This document shows positions 49,905 through 58,601 of a DNA stretch of 64,000 nucleotides, piece by piece (position 1 is the first letter of the stretch; the number at the start of each line of letters is the position of its first letter). The notes beneath the pieces were generated by a model. It ran no database searches, was not told where the DNA came from, and saw only the letters and a program-made list of their open reading frames with translations. The position numbers and the translations under genes are program-made. Source of the DNA: Patescibacteria group bacterium (GTDB taxonomy: Bacteria; Patescibacteriota; Patescibacteriia; UBA9570); NCBI GenBank assembly GCA_041665365.1, contig JBAYIY010000003.1, forward strand, positions 68,260 through 132,259, in the 5' to 3' direction.

Positions 49905-52900
49905 ATGGTTTGGCAACGTCATAACATGAATTTCAGCGTTTTTCCAGTATTTGTTAGTGTTGTTGTTTTTGGATTGTTATCAGCGCACTCCGCGTTAGCA
50001 GCCACCTACACCGTCAGTAAAACTGCGGATACCAATGATGGCACTTGTGATGCAGATTGTTCGTTACGTGAAGCGATTACAACAGCCAATGGTGCTTCCG
50101 GCAATAGCATTGAGTTTAATATCAATGGCGGCACGGATGCTGGCTGTACCGGTGCCGGTGGGGTTTGTACGATTACTCCTGCCAGTGCCTTACCAGATAT
50201 TACCGGCGCCTCAATGACAATCAATGGGTATACTCAAACTGGAGCAGTCGCTAATACTACAGCCAATGGCAGTGTTGTGACTGGTATCAATGGATTAAAT
50301 ACAACTTTACGAATCGTGCTGGATGGTACCTCAGCCGGTGGAGCAGCTAATGGACTAAAAATCAATGGGGTAGCTAATGTAGTAATTAAGGGCTTAGACA
50401 TAATGCGCTTTGGTAGCAATGGTGTGTTGGCTACGGGAGCAGGAGCGACTAACTTGAAAGTGCAGGGTTGTTTTATTGGAACAGATGTTACCGGAACACT
50501 GGATCAGGGAAATTCTGGCAATGGAGTAGCGGCTGTCACTGGCGCTACAGTTATCGTGGGTACCGATGGTGATGGTGTGACTGACGTAGCGGAACGTAAC
50601 TTGATCTCTGGCAATAGTACTTATGGCATTAACATTGCCGGTGGCACAGGTAGTAAAGTTTCAGCGAATATAATTGGCCTAGCTAGTGATGCCAGCACTG
50701 ATCTGGGTAACTTAGGTAACGGTGTTTATGCAACAGTCTCATCAACCATCATCGGCACCAATGGTGATGGCACCAGCGATACGATTGAAGGCAATATTGT
50801 GTCAGGGAATGATCAAAGTGGGATTAACATTAATGGTGGTGGTTCAGATACTATTACTGGTAATATTGTCGGTCTGAATGGTGTTGGCACCACTACTGTC
50901 CGCAATACTTTGAATGGTATCTTGTTGTTTGGCACCGGTTCGAATCGAGTGGGCACCAATGGCGATGGTGTCAGTGATACCTATGAAAGAAATGTTTCAT
51001 CCGGTCATTCTGGTAATTTTTATTATGGCTTAGAGGTGATTAGTCCAAGTAATACTGTGGCGGGAAATTATTTTGGCACGGATATTACCGGTACAGTCCT
51101 GCATGGAAATTTACGTAATGTACTTGTATCCGGCAATAATAATATTATTGGCACAAACGGCGATGGTAATGGAGATACCGTAGAAGGCAATGTCATAGCT
51201 GGTGGTACTGGCGCCGATGGTCTGTATATCAGTACCGTGGCAACTATCACAGTTGCGGGCAATAAGATTGGTACAGATTATTCAGGCACAGCCGCGCTGG
51301 GCAATACCCATGGTATTCGGATTGATGGAACAGATTCAGGCATTGTAATTGGTACCAATGCCGATGGTGTGTCCGATAGTGCCGAGCGCAACATTATTTC
51401 CGGTAATCAGGTGGGTATTTTCATGGAACAAGGGTCTTCCAATACTGTGATTGCCGGTAATTATATTGGTTTGAATACTGCTGGTACGGGCACAGTTGGT
51501 GGCTCATATGGTGGTAATCGCTATGGTATTAGTATTGGTCGAATATGGCCTGGGGCGGGTACATCCAGTGACAATCGTATCGGTACGAATGGCGATGGGG
51601 TGAATGATGCCGCTGAGGCTAATGTTATTTCTGGTAATTATACTTATGGAGTGGTCATGGCCACCGGCAATAGTAATACGATCGCTGGCAACTATATTGG
51701 CACCGGTCCAGATGGAGTGACAGAGTTTGCTAATGGTGAAGCAGGCATTGCGTGGTACGATGGTGCTCCTGACGTTTCCAATAGTTCAAGTAACACTATT
51801 GGTGGTGATACTATAGCTGAAGGCAATGTTATTGCGTCTAACGGTTCTTATGGTATTGAACTAAGCGGGGTATCCAGCGATGGCAATTTAATTAGCCATA
51901 ATAAGATGTTTTCTAATCTACTTGAAGGTATTTTTCTTCCCGGTGATGGCTCAAATAATGATATGAGTGCCCCAGTCATTACTAGTTGGGCACCAAGTGG
52001 ATCAGATTTAACTATTTCCGGAACCGCTCCGGCCAGTGCGGTAGTTGAATTATTTGATGCCTCCACCGATGAAGGAGAAACCTATCTTAATGCCGCCACT
52101 GCGAATGGGTCTGGTAATTGGTCAACTACGATCAGTGCCCCCTATACAGCGGCTAATAATACTTTGGTCGCAACCGCCCGAGATGGCAGCAATGATACAT
52201 CCATGTTTAGTGCTGTGTATACTATCACGGATATAGCGCCGACTACACCAACCGATCTGCAAACCTCCAGTCTGTTTGGGGGTTGTGGATCAGATAGTAC
52301 TCCAGAGTTTTCTTTTACGTTAACAGATAGTGATGTCGTAGATACGGTTGGTTATCACATTCAGATAGATAATGATGCAGATTTTTCATCACCCGTGGTT
52401 GATTACAACTCAGGGTTAGCTGCTCAAGGCACAGCCTCATTTGTAGTTGGCCAAGCCGTTGGCTCTGGTGTATATACCACTGGTTCTGCTGGACAAACGT
52501 TAACAGACGGAAGTTATTCTATGCGGGTGCAAACCATTGATTTTCTTAGTCAAACATCAGCTTATGTCACACAAACATTTGGAGTTGATAATGGTGTCAC
52601 AGTTAGTACACCCGCATCAGCCACCACATCCGAATTAGGTGATACAACTACTTTCACAGTGGTGTTAGCTTGTCTGCCACAAAATGACGTGACTATACCT
52701 GTAGTCAGTTCAGATACCACTGAAGGTAGTGTTTCCACGGCGGCACTCACTTTTACTACTGGAAACTGGAATGTGGCACAAACTATTACAGTGACAGGAG
52801 TAGATGATTCTAGTTCAGATGGTAACATTAATTATTCAATCCAATTAGGTCCAACCACTTCGAGTGATACGGCTTATAGTGGGGTCACCATAGCTGATGT

Positions 52901-55673
52901 GTCACTGACTAATATTGATGAAGATTTACCACCACAGTTTTCTGGTACCATTCCGGATCAAACTTGGGATGAAGATACTACTTTAACTAATGTCTTTAAT
53001 TTGGATGATTATTTTACTGATCCCACCACAGAGGGGCTTAGTTACAGTGTGGCCGGGGCTGACAATATTACAGTGACAATTGGGAGTGATGGACAGGTAA
53101 CGCTTGTTCCTGATGCGGATTGGCATGGTACGGATACAATGAAATTTGTGGCGCAAAATTCTATTGGGCAAACTAAGTCTAATCAGGTAACTCTGACAGT
53201 AGAAAGTATTAATGATGCACCAGAAGCGCCCACCATTTTTTCGCCGTGTTGTCAGGATGTGACAGCTTCATTGTCGCCGACTATTTCCTGGCAAGCAGCC
53301 TCTGATCCGGATCATACTACAAGTGAATTGTCGTATGAGATACGGTTCGGTTCGGATGCTGATCCGCAAAATAATTATCATTTTACAGCTAGTACTTCTG
53401 CCGGTAGTAAATCTGTAAAAATTTCTCCAGATTTAACTGATGAGAAGACCTATTACTATGTGGTACGAACCATTGATCCACTGGATGCTAAGTCAAATTG
53501 GTCTGAGATACAAAGCTTTTCCACCAATGTCAGTTATAGTCCTGACCTACAGTTAGCCAAAACGGTAGAATTACCGGCCGAACAGATTGCTTGGTTTGGC
53601 ATCAACTTTGCTGCCTTATTCTTGATCCAACCAGCTCAGGCCAGTGGGTTTGCGATTATTAGTCCAGACCAAATCGCTGACCAATCGTTCATGGTGTTAA
53701 TCGGATCACTGACGATATTACTCTCCGCCGCGCTGGTTATATTAGGATTGGCTCGTCATCCGAAAAATTTCGTGACAGCCTTACTACACGATGTGCCAGT
53801 GGCATTTAAGCGGATTCATAAATCGGGTCATGGCACTATCACCACTTCGTATACGAGTTTCAGACGTCGGTTAGTAACCGCTCGTAGTATTATCTATCTG
53901 GCAGCGCTTGTGTTTGTTCCTGCCCTCGTCATTAATGGATTACATGCCGAAGTGAGTAACTGGTTACAGCGGGTACAAACGGTCAGTACCACTATACAAC
54001 CAGGTGAAACTATGACTATATCACTCAGTTATAGCAATACAGGTGATGGTGACGCTACCAGTGTGGTGTTGTCTGATACGATCCCTGGCGAAACAACTTT
54101 GCTCAGCAGTTCGATACCGGCCACACAACAGGCCGACCAGATCAGTTTTGACCTGGGCACCATCCCGGTAGGTGGCACAGGCACAGTCAGCTATCAGTTG
54201 GGTGTAGCCGAACCTTATGATCATGATTCAATAGTACTTGATCCGGCAGAATTAATCGCTAACGAAATAACGGCCTCGGTGTTGTCGGATAGTGTGGTAG
54301 TCCCTGTAGTATCCGGCACTATCTCTGGCCAAGTAACTGATGGCGCTGGTGTTGGAATCACCAACGTGTTGATCACATTACAATGGGGCGATCAACAAAC
54401 CTTCTCAACACTCACCGATGCTAATGGGTATTATGTATTGAGTGGCTTAGCGAGTGGGGATTATGTAGTGACGGCCTACACACAACAAAAAACGACTAGC
54501 TTGACCCGTGGTGGTAGTGCCACTGTTAATTTCAGTTTTGTCAGTAGTAGCATCCGTCAAGACAACACGAATACAAACACTGACACCACTACTGACACCA
54601 CTACTGACACCACGACGGATGTCAAAACTCCAAAACCTATCAAGTTAACGCCAGAGCAGCAAGAGTTGGTGGATAATTTTGTGGTCACAGATTTAAATAA
54701 TGAAGTATTACCAGAGAATCAAGCGGTGATATATCTGACCGATGATCCAAGCTCAGTTCCAACGGGTGCATTAGCCTTGCCGACCGCAACCGAAACATTA
54801 ACCTTTCGTGGCACCACTGTACCGAATAGTACCATTACGATCCAAATTTGTTATACCATTTTAACGACTACTAGTGATGAAACCGGCGCCTGGATTATGG
54901 TAGTGCCGCGCGACTTATTACTCCAAGGTGATAATGTGATTACCGCCAGTGTCACACAAGGTAATGTGGAAGTAGACCAAATTGTGGTAGCACACGTCAA
55001 TGTAGATAATGCACCTACGGCTCAGTCGACCAATTATTGGATAAATTTTATTGCCATCGCTTTATTACTACAGTTGAATATAGCCGCCTGGATAGTGTTA
55101 CGCGTTCGGCACAGTAGTACGACGCTGTCTAGCAAATTGATTTTACTTCACCTGGTGACCGTGGTGGTAGTGGTCATCTTTTTGTTTGTGCCGGTGCCGC
55201 AAAGTCGGCAGGTGCAAGCGCGTGGGCATTTACGCCAAACCAATATCATGGCTAGATTGGTGAATAACCAACCATTGACTGATCAGTATATCACTTTTCA
55301 GGACACGCAAGCCTTAGAATTAGTGGGTTCAGCTTCAGCCGACCAACAGTATAGTGTCTCGATTTGTCCCAATCAACCATTCCGTTATGTGACCACCAAT
55401 CATGCTGGTCAGTGGAGTTTGATTCTACCGGTGAGTGTACTGCCCAACTTCGATGTGACAGTAGCGATGCGATCAGCGACCGATACGACTCAAACTGAAG
55501 AGCAGTTAGTGGATCTCAATGTGCAAGAAAAATATGATACGGTGACGCTATGGCGTTGGATAGTATTAGCCTTGATTGCCAGTGGGGCGTTTATTACAGT
55601 GGGGAATTGGTTCATCGTGTATCGGACAGTGCACAAACCAAAAAGTAAAGAAGTAAAGGAGAATATGGCTTAG
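49905..55673 (+). CDS. Giant (1,922 aa) parallel-beta-helix repeat surface protein with FN3/Ig-like, DUF11-like and CarboxypepD_reg-like domains and several predicted transmembrane segments
   Basis: The signal peptide is followed by more than 15 repeats of the N-x-I-S-G-N beta-helix type (IGTNGDG...NxISGN). Other domains present include DAPEAP (cadherin/FN3-like), GTISGQVTDGAGVGITN...YYVLSGL (CarboxypepD_reg) and a (TDTT)n repeat. Hydrophobic helices occur around aa 1235-1300 and 1700-1900. An alternative start is at 49926. Confidence 0.7.
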   Translation: MVWQRHNMNFSVFPVFVSVVVFGLLSAHSALAATYTVSKTADTNDGTCDADCSLREAITTANGASGNSIEFNINGGTDAGCTGAGGVCTITPASALPDITGASMTINGYTQTGAVANTTANGSVVTGINGLNTTLRIVLDGTSAGGAANGLKINGVANVVIKGLDIMRFGSNGVLATGAGATNLKVQGCFIGTDVTGTLDQGNSGNGVAAVTGATVIVGTDGDGVTDVAERNLISGNSTYGINIAGGTGSKVSANIIGLASDASTDLGNLGNGVYATVSSTIIGTNGDGTSDTIEGNIVSGNDQSGININGGGSDTITGNIVGLNGVGTTTVRNTLNGILLFGTGSNRVGTNGDGVSDTYERNVSSGHSGNFYYGLEVISPSNTVAGNYFGTDITGTVLHGNLRNVLVSGNNNIIGTNGDGNGDTVEGNVIAGGTGADGLYISTVATITVAGNKIGTDYSGTAALGNTHGIRIDGTDSGIVIGTNADGVSDSAERNIISGNQVGIFMEQGSSNTVIAGNYIGLNTAGTGTVGGSYGGNRYGISIGRIWPGAGTSSDNRIGTNGDGVNDAAEANVISGNYTYGVVMATGNSNTIAGNYIGTGPDGVTEFANGEAGIAWYDGAPDVSNSSSNTIGGDTIAEGNVIASNGSYGIELSGVSSDGNLISHNKMFSNLLEGIFLPGDGSNNDMSAPVITSWAPSGSDLTISGTAPASAVVELFDASTDEGETYLNAATANGSGNWSTTISAPYTAANNTLVATARDGSNDTSMFSAVYTITDIAPTTPTDLQTSSLFGGCGSDSTPEFSFTLTDSDVVDTVGYHIQIDNDADFSSPVVDYNSGLAAQGTASFVVGQAVGSGVYTTGSAGQTLTDGSYSMRVQTIDFLSQTSAYVTQTFGVDNGVTVSTPASATTSELGDTTTFTVVLACLPQNDVTIPVVSSDTTEGSVSTAALTFTTGNWNVAQTITVTGVDDSSSDGNINYSIQLGPTTSSDTAYSGVTIADVSLTNIDEDLPPQFSGTIPDQTWDEDTTLTNVFNLDDYFTDPTTEGLSYSVAGADNITVTIGSDGQVTLVPDADWHGTDTMKFVAQNSIGQTKSNQVTLTVESINDAPEAPTIFSPCCQDVTASLSPTISWQAASDPDHTTSELSYEIRFGSDADPQNNYHFTASTSAGSKSVKISPDLTDEKTYYYVVRTIDPLDAKSNWSEIQSFSTNVSYSPDLQLAKTVELPAEQIAWFGINFAALFLIQPAQASGFAIISPDQIADQSFMVLIGSLTILLSAALVILGLARHPKNFVTALLHDVPVAFKRIHKSGHGTITTSYTSFRRRLVTARSIIYLAALVFVPALVINGLHAEVSNWLQRVQTVSTTIQPGETMTISLSYSNTGDGDATSVVLSDTIPGETTLLSSSIPATQQADQISFDLGTIPVGGTGTVSYQLGVAEPYDHDSIVLDPAELIANEITASVLSDSVVVPVVSGTISGQVTDGAGVGITNVLITLQWGDQQTFSTLTDANGYYVLSGLASGDYVVTAYTQQKTTSLTRGGSATVNFSFVSSSIRQDNTNTNTDTTTDTTTDTTTDVKTPKPIKLTPEQQELVDNFVVTDLNNEVLPENQAVIYLTDDPSSVPTGALALPTATETLTFRGTTVPNSTITIQICYTILTTTSDETGAWIMVVPRDLLLQGDNVITASVTQGNVEVDQIVVAHVNVDNAPTAQSTNYWINFIAIALLLQLNIAAWIVLRVRHSSTTLSSKLILLHLVTVVVVVIFLFVPVPQSRQVQARGHLRQTNIMARLVNNQPLTDQYITFQDTQALELVGSASADQQYSVSICPNQPFRYVTTNHAGQWSLILPVSVLPNFDVTVAMRSATDTTQTEEQLVDLNVQEKYDTVTLWRWIVLALIASGAFITVGNWFIVYRTVHKPKSKEVKENMA

Positions 55674-55811
55674 TAGCCAACGATTCTCCAGTCTGATGTT
55701 CCTTTAATCTTCGATTGAGATCATTCGTTGAACCAACATAAACCCAATTCTTTTTTACTTGGCTTTTAAGAAAATAGACATACCACATAACGAATATTAT
55801 TTATTAAGCAC

Positions 55812-55913
55812 TTCTGGCCTGCCAGACTGCACTAAGTTTCGTCTGGCCTGCCAGACTGCACTAAGTTTCGTCTGGCCTGCCAGACTGCACTAAGTTTCGT
55901 CTGGCCTGCCAAA
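55812..55913. repeat. 29-bp tandem repeat (tctggcctgccagactgcactaagtttcg), about 3.5 copies
   Basis: Three perfect copies (55812-55840, 55841-55869, 55870-55898) are followed by a degenerate partial copy. It lies about 30 nt from the 3' end of tRNA-Ser. Confidence 0.85.
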
Positions 55914-55944
55914 CGAAGTCCTGAAGTTGCTGAAGGACGTAGTT

Positions 55945-56033
55945 TGGCGGAGAGAGAGGGATTCGAACCCTCGATACCTTGCGGTATACACGCTTTCCAA
56001 GCGTGCGCACTAGACCAACTATGCGATCTCTCC
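55945..56033 (-). tRNA. tRNA-Ser (anticodon GGA), class II with a long variable arm; 3' CCA is encoded
   Basis: On the minus strand the sequence reads GGAGAGA..TCTCTCC-G-CCA for the acceptor stem. The anticodon stem CACGC/GCGTG carries the loop TTGGAAA. The variable arm is long. The T-arm reads GAGGG-TTCGAAT-CCCTC. Confidence 0.8.
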
Positions 56034-56087
56034 TTACCTAAGGTTTTTAGCACTTTATTGGGATTTTGTACACTCTTTAGATTATTA

Positions 56088-56381
56088 TTAGAGTTGTTTT
56101 ATTTTTGGGTAGTTATGAATTTTTTCCAAAGTTGAAATAGTTAAAGCTACGGACGGATTGGTAGTATTTTTTAGAGATAATTTTTTGCCAAATTTTTTGT
56201 ATAACGGAGTAATGAACTCATCGCCCCAAGACGGTGAAAATGAAATGACCTCTGAAAAATCTAAGATCACTGCTTCTGTTTTATTAATTTCAGATAAAAT
56301 TGGCAAAAAAGCGGCATAAGCTTCTTTGCCAGCCTGGCGTGAGGCTAGCACAGTACCAAATTTTTTTAAAAATATATTCAT
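56088..56381 (-). CDS. DUF4325-like (STAS-like) small protein
   Basis: The ~97-aa product carries the S-W motif (FSPSWGDEF) characteristic of DUF4325. It lies immediately downstream of a GHKL ATPase gene. Confidence 0.5.
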   Translation of the reverse strand: MNIFLKKFGTVLASRQAGKEAYAAFLPILSEINKTEAVILDFSEVISFSPSWGDEFITPLYKKFGKKLSLKNTTNPSVALTISTLEKIHNYPKIKQL

Positions 56382-56392
56382 AGTTATTTTAA

Positions 56393-57127
56393 TTAAAATT
56401 TTAACAATGATAAACAACCATGTACAGTTGTGGCAGCAGACAAAATTTTAAAATCGGTTTTATCTGGAGAGATCGTCAAGATGGCATCACCAGTCTGAAA
56501 GCTTAAATTGGCTCGAGCCTTTTCAATGGCCGCTTTAACATATTTTAAACCATTGCCGCGATGTTCTGATTTTCTGCTACTCAGCACTTCAGTAAAGGCA
56601 ACATTTAGTGCTTCTGCATCGTTTTTTAAGTCGTGTTTAATACGGCGCAACGTTGTTAAAATACCAACACCACGGTCAGCTAATACTACCATACGTTTAC
56701 CGATATCGTAGGCAAAAAATGTTCCTGTAATATCTGGCCAGTTACCGATGTTGTGATCATATGAATTATTTCCAATTTCACCAGCCGCCGAAGAAATGAG
56801 TGAAGCAATATTTTGCACAGACTTTGTATTAGTTAATTCATAAGCCAAATGTTCGAGCCGAGCTTTAAATATATCACTAGTTGGACAATAAAACTCTTTA
56901 GCCAATGCTGGGGGAGTAATGGCACTAGCCCAATCTTGACCTAAACGAAAAATGCCTTTTGTCTTCTTACCCAAATCAGCCAGCGAATAATACCGATGTC
57001 CACCAGGTGAAATAAATGTTGAGCTAAAAGAACCATTTTTATCCCAGCGGCGCAAGGTTGTTTCAGTAATCCCTAAGTATTCTGCTGCTTGGCTAATAGT
57101 AAGGAATTGTTCAGTAAAATTGTACAT
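56393..57127 (-). CDS. Xis/MerR-type HTH protein fused to a GHKL-family (HATPase_c-like) ATPase domain
   Basis: The N-terminus LTISQAAEYLGITETTLRRWDKNG...GGHRYY is an excisionase-family HTH. The C-terminus has an N-box (EIGNNSYDH), G1 (LADRGVGI) and G2 (RGNGLKYV). Confidence 0.55.
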   Translation of the reverse strand: MYNFTEQFLTISQAAEYLGITETTLRRWDKNGSFSSTFISPGGHRYYSLADLGKKTKGIFRLGQDWASAITPPALAKEFYCPTSDIFKARLEHLAYELTNTKSVQNIASLISSAAGEIGNNSYDHNIGNWPDITGTFFAYDIGKRMVVLADRGVGILTTLRRIKHDLKNDAEALNVAFTEVLSSRKSEHRGNGLKYVKAAIEKARANLSFQTGDAILTISPDKTDFKILSAATTVHGCLSLLKF

Positions 57128-57247
57128 ATATTCATATATTATACAAAACTATACATTTTTGTCAAATCTATACAAATCTATACATTATTTAAAGTTGACT
57201 TATTGATCAATAACTGATATTAAGGTACCCCAAATACGGAGAGAGAC

Positions 57248-57940
57248 GTGTTCAATAAGTTCTTTCATGTGTTTTGTCCGGTTTTTTTCGTGATTTTTGG
57301 CCTGGTTGGGTGTGACAAGCACACCACCCCGGGCGGAGGGGGCACCGCTACTGCACTCTGGTACGAGTTTTGTGGAGGGGAGGTCGACGCGGACTGTGAC
57401 GGGTATCTCGAACCCGCCGACTGCGACGATGCTGACTCGGCCGTGAGCCCGTACGCTGTCGAGGTCTGCGACGAGATCGACAACGACTGCAACGGGGAGG
57501 TCGACGAAGACCTTCCAATGTTGGAGTGGTATCCCGACGACGATGGCGACAGCTACGGAGAAGATGGGTCAGAACCCATCCTCGACTGTCGCGAACCACG
57601 CGGGCGGTATACCTGGCGCGACGGCGACTGCGATGATAGTAACATCTCAGTCAATCCGGCCGTGCCCGAGCACTGCAACAGCATCGACGACAACTGCGAC
57701 GGCATCGTCGACATCGATGCCTGGGATACCCATGAGTGGTATCCCGACGTCGATGGTGACGGCTACGGCGACGAACTCGCCGAACCCGTCTCAGCCTGTT
57801 ACCAGCCGCCCGGCTACAGCGACTGGCCGGCCGACTGTGACGACACCAACGCGGAGATCTATCCGCGGGTGGCGGAGGTCTGCAATAACGTCGATGATGA
57901 CTGCGACGGGTGGGTCGACGATGGGTTGACCTGCGAGTAG
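57248..57940 (+). CDS. Lipoprotein with four MopE-like putative metal-binding repeats (DCDD...P.A.E.CD.IDNDCDG.VDE); GC-rich, probably foreign
   Basis: A signal peptide with lipobox LVGC is followed by repeats such as ADCDDADSAVSPYAVEVCDEIDNDCNGEVDED and GDCDDSNISVNPAVPEHCNSIDDNCDGIVDID. Codon usage is GC3-rich and local GC is about 60-65%. Confidence 0.65.
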   Translation: MFNKFFHVFCPVFFVIFGLVGCDKHTTPGGGGTATALWYEFCGGEVDADCDGYLEPADCDDADSAVSPYAVEVCDEIDNDCNGEVDEDLPMLEWYPDDDGDSYGEDGSEPILDCREPRGRYTWRDGDCDDSNISVNPAVPEHCNSIDDNCDGIVDIDAWDTHEWYPDVDGDGYGDELAEPVSACYQPPGYSDWPADCDDTNAEIYPRVAEVCNNVDDDCDGWVDDGLTCE

Positions 57941-57989
57941 TCGCAATAAGTTAGGGGGAACAAGCTCGAGGTTGATGGTCACACTGATC

Positions 57990-58601
57990 TCATCTCGGGC
58001 TTTTTCTGTTTTTTCCAGCCAAACGCCAATGGTTAACCACTAGGATGGTTGCCATAATGGCCGAGCCAACGGTGTTATACGTGATATCTAATAAAGTATT
58101 AGTGTAATCACCCACTTGTTTTCCGATATTAAAAATCAACACCGCAATAAACTCAATTAATTCATTCACAGCACCTAAACCCATGCCAACTAGTACTAAC
58201 AATAAAATAAAATAACCGCGTCTCCGTTCAAAGGTGATATTAAGCACGGGAAAAAGCAAGGCATGAGCCAGCATCACCATAATGGCACTACCTACCATAT
58301 GAACAAAATTATCATACCGAAACAAACCTGGTATTAAATAGAAATCATATAATCTAATATCACCTAAATAAGCATTGCTGCCGAGCAAATGCAGTAACCC
58401 AAGCAGAGATAATGAGGTGAGTAGAATCGGGTAAAAATGCAGTCGGCGATTAATATAAACAATCAATCCAATCGACAAAACAATTAGTGCCGTATCATAA
58501 ATAAATTCAACATTGCCTTTGAGCAGAGAGTGCAACGAAAAGATCGAGACATAAACGAAGGTGAAATAGACAATGAATTTTTCAAATTGGTTTTGTGTCA
58601 T
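57990..58601 (-). CDS. Hypothetical polytopic membrane protein
   Basis: The 203-aa product has about six transmembrane helices. It is translationally coupled (ATGA overlap) with the upstream gene. Confidence 0.35.
   Translation of the reverse strand: MTQNQFEKFIVYFTFVYVSIFSLHSLLKGNVEFIYDTALIVLSIGLIVYINRRLHFYPILLTSLSLLGLLHLLGSNAYLGDIRLYDFYLIPGLFRYDNFVHMVGSAIMVMLAHALLFPVLNITFERRRGYFILLLVLVGMGLGAVNELIEFIAVLIFNIGKQVGDYTNTLLDITYNTVGSAIMATILVVNHWRLAGKNRKSPR

Noticed and set aside
50006-54224. Short opposite-strand ORFs inside the 1,922-aa beta-helix gene
   Set aside because: They are antisense to an uninterrupted repeat-rich frame, and their composition is driven by the sense-strand Gly/Thr/Asn codons.
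55812-55913. Possible CRISPR array
   Set aside because: The 29-bp units are directly adjacent, with no unique spacers. This is a simple tandem repeat and not a repeat-spacer array, and there are no cas genes in the window.
57265-57982. Overlapping Arg/Pro/Ser-rich ORFs (57265-57492 minus, 57348-57599 minus, 57543-57929 plus, 57791-57982 minus) within the GC-rich region
   Set aside because: High-GC DNA produces long spurious ORFs in every frame. The MopE-like repeat protein in the 57248 frame is the only one with a coherent domain structure and a lipoprotein signal.
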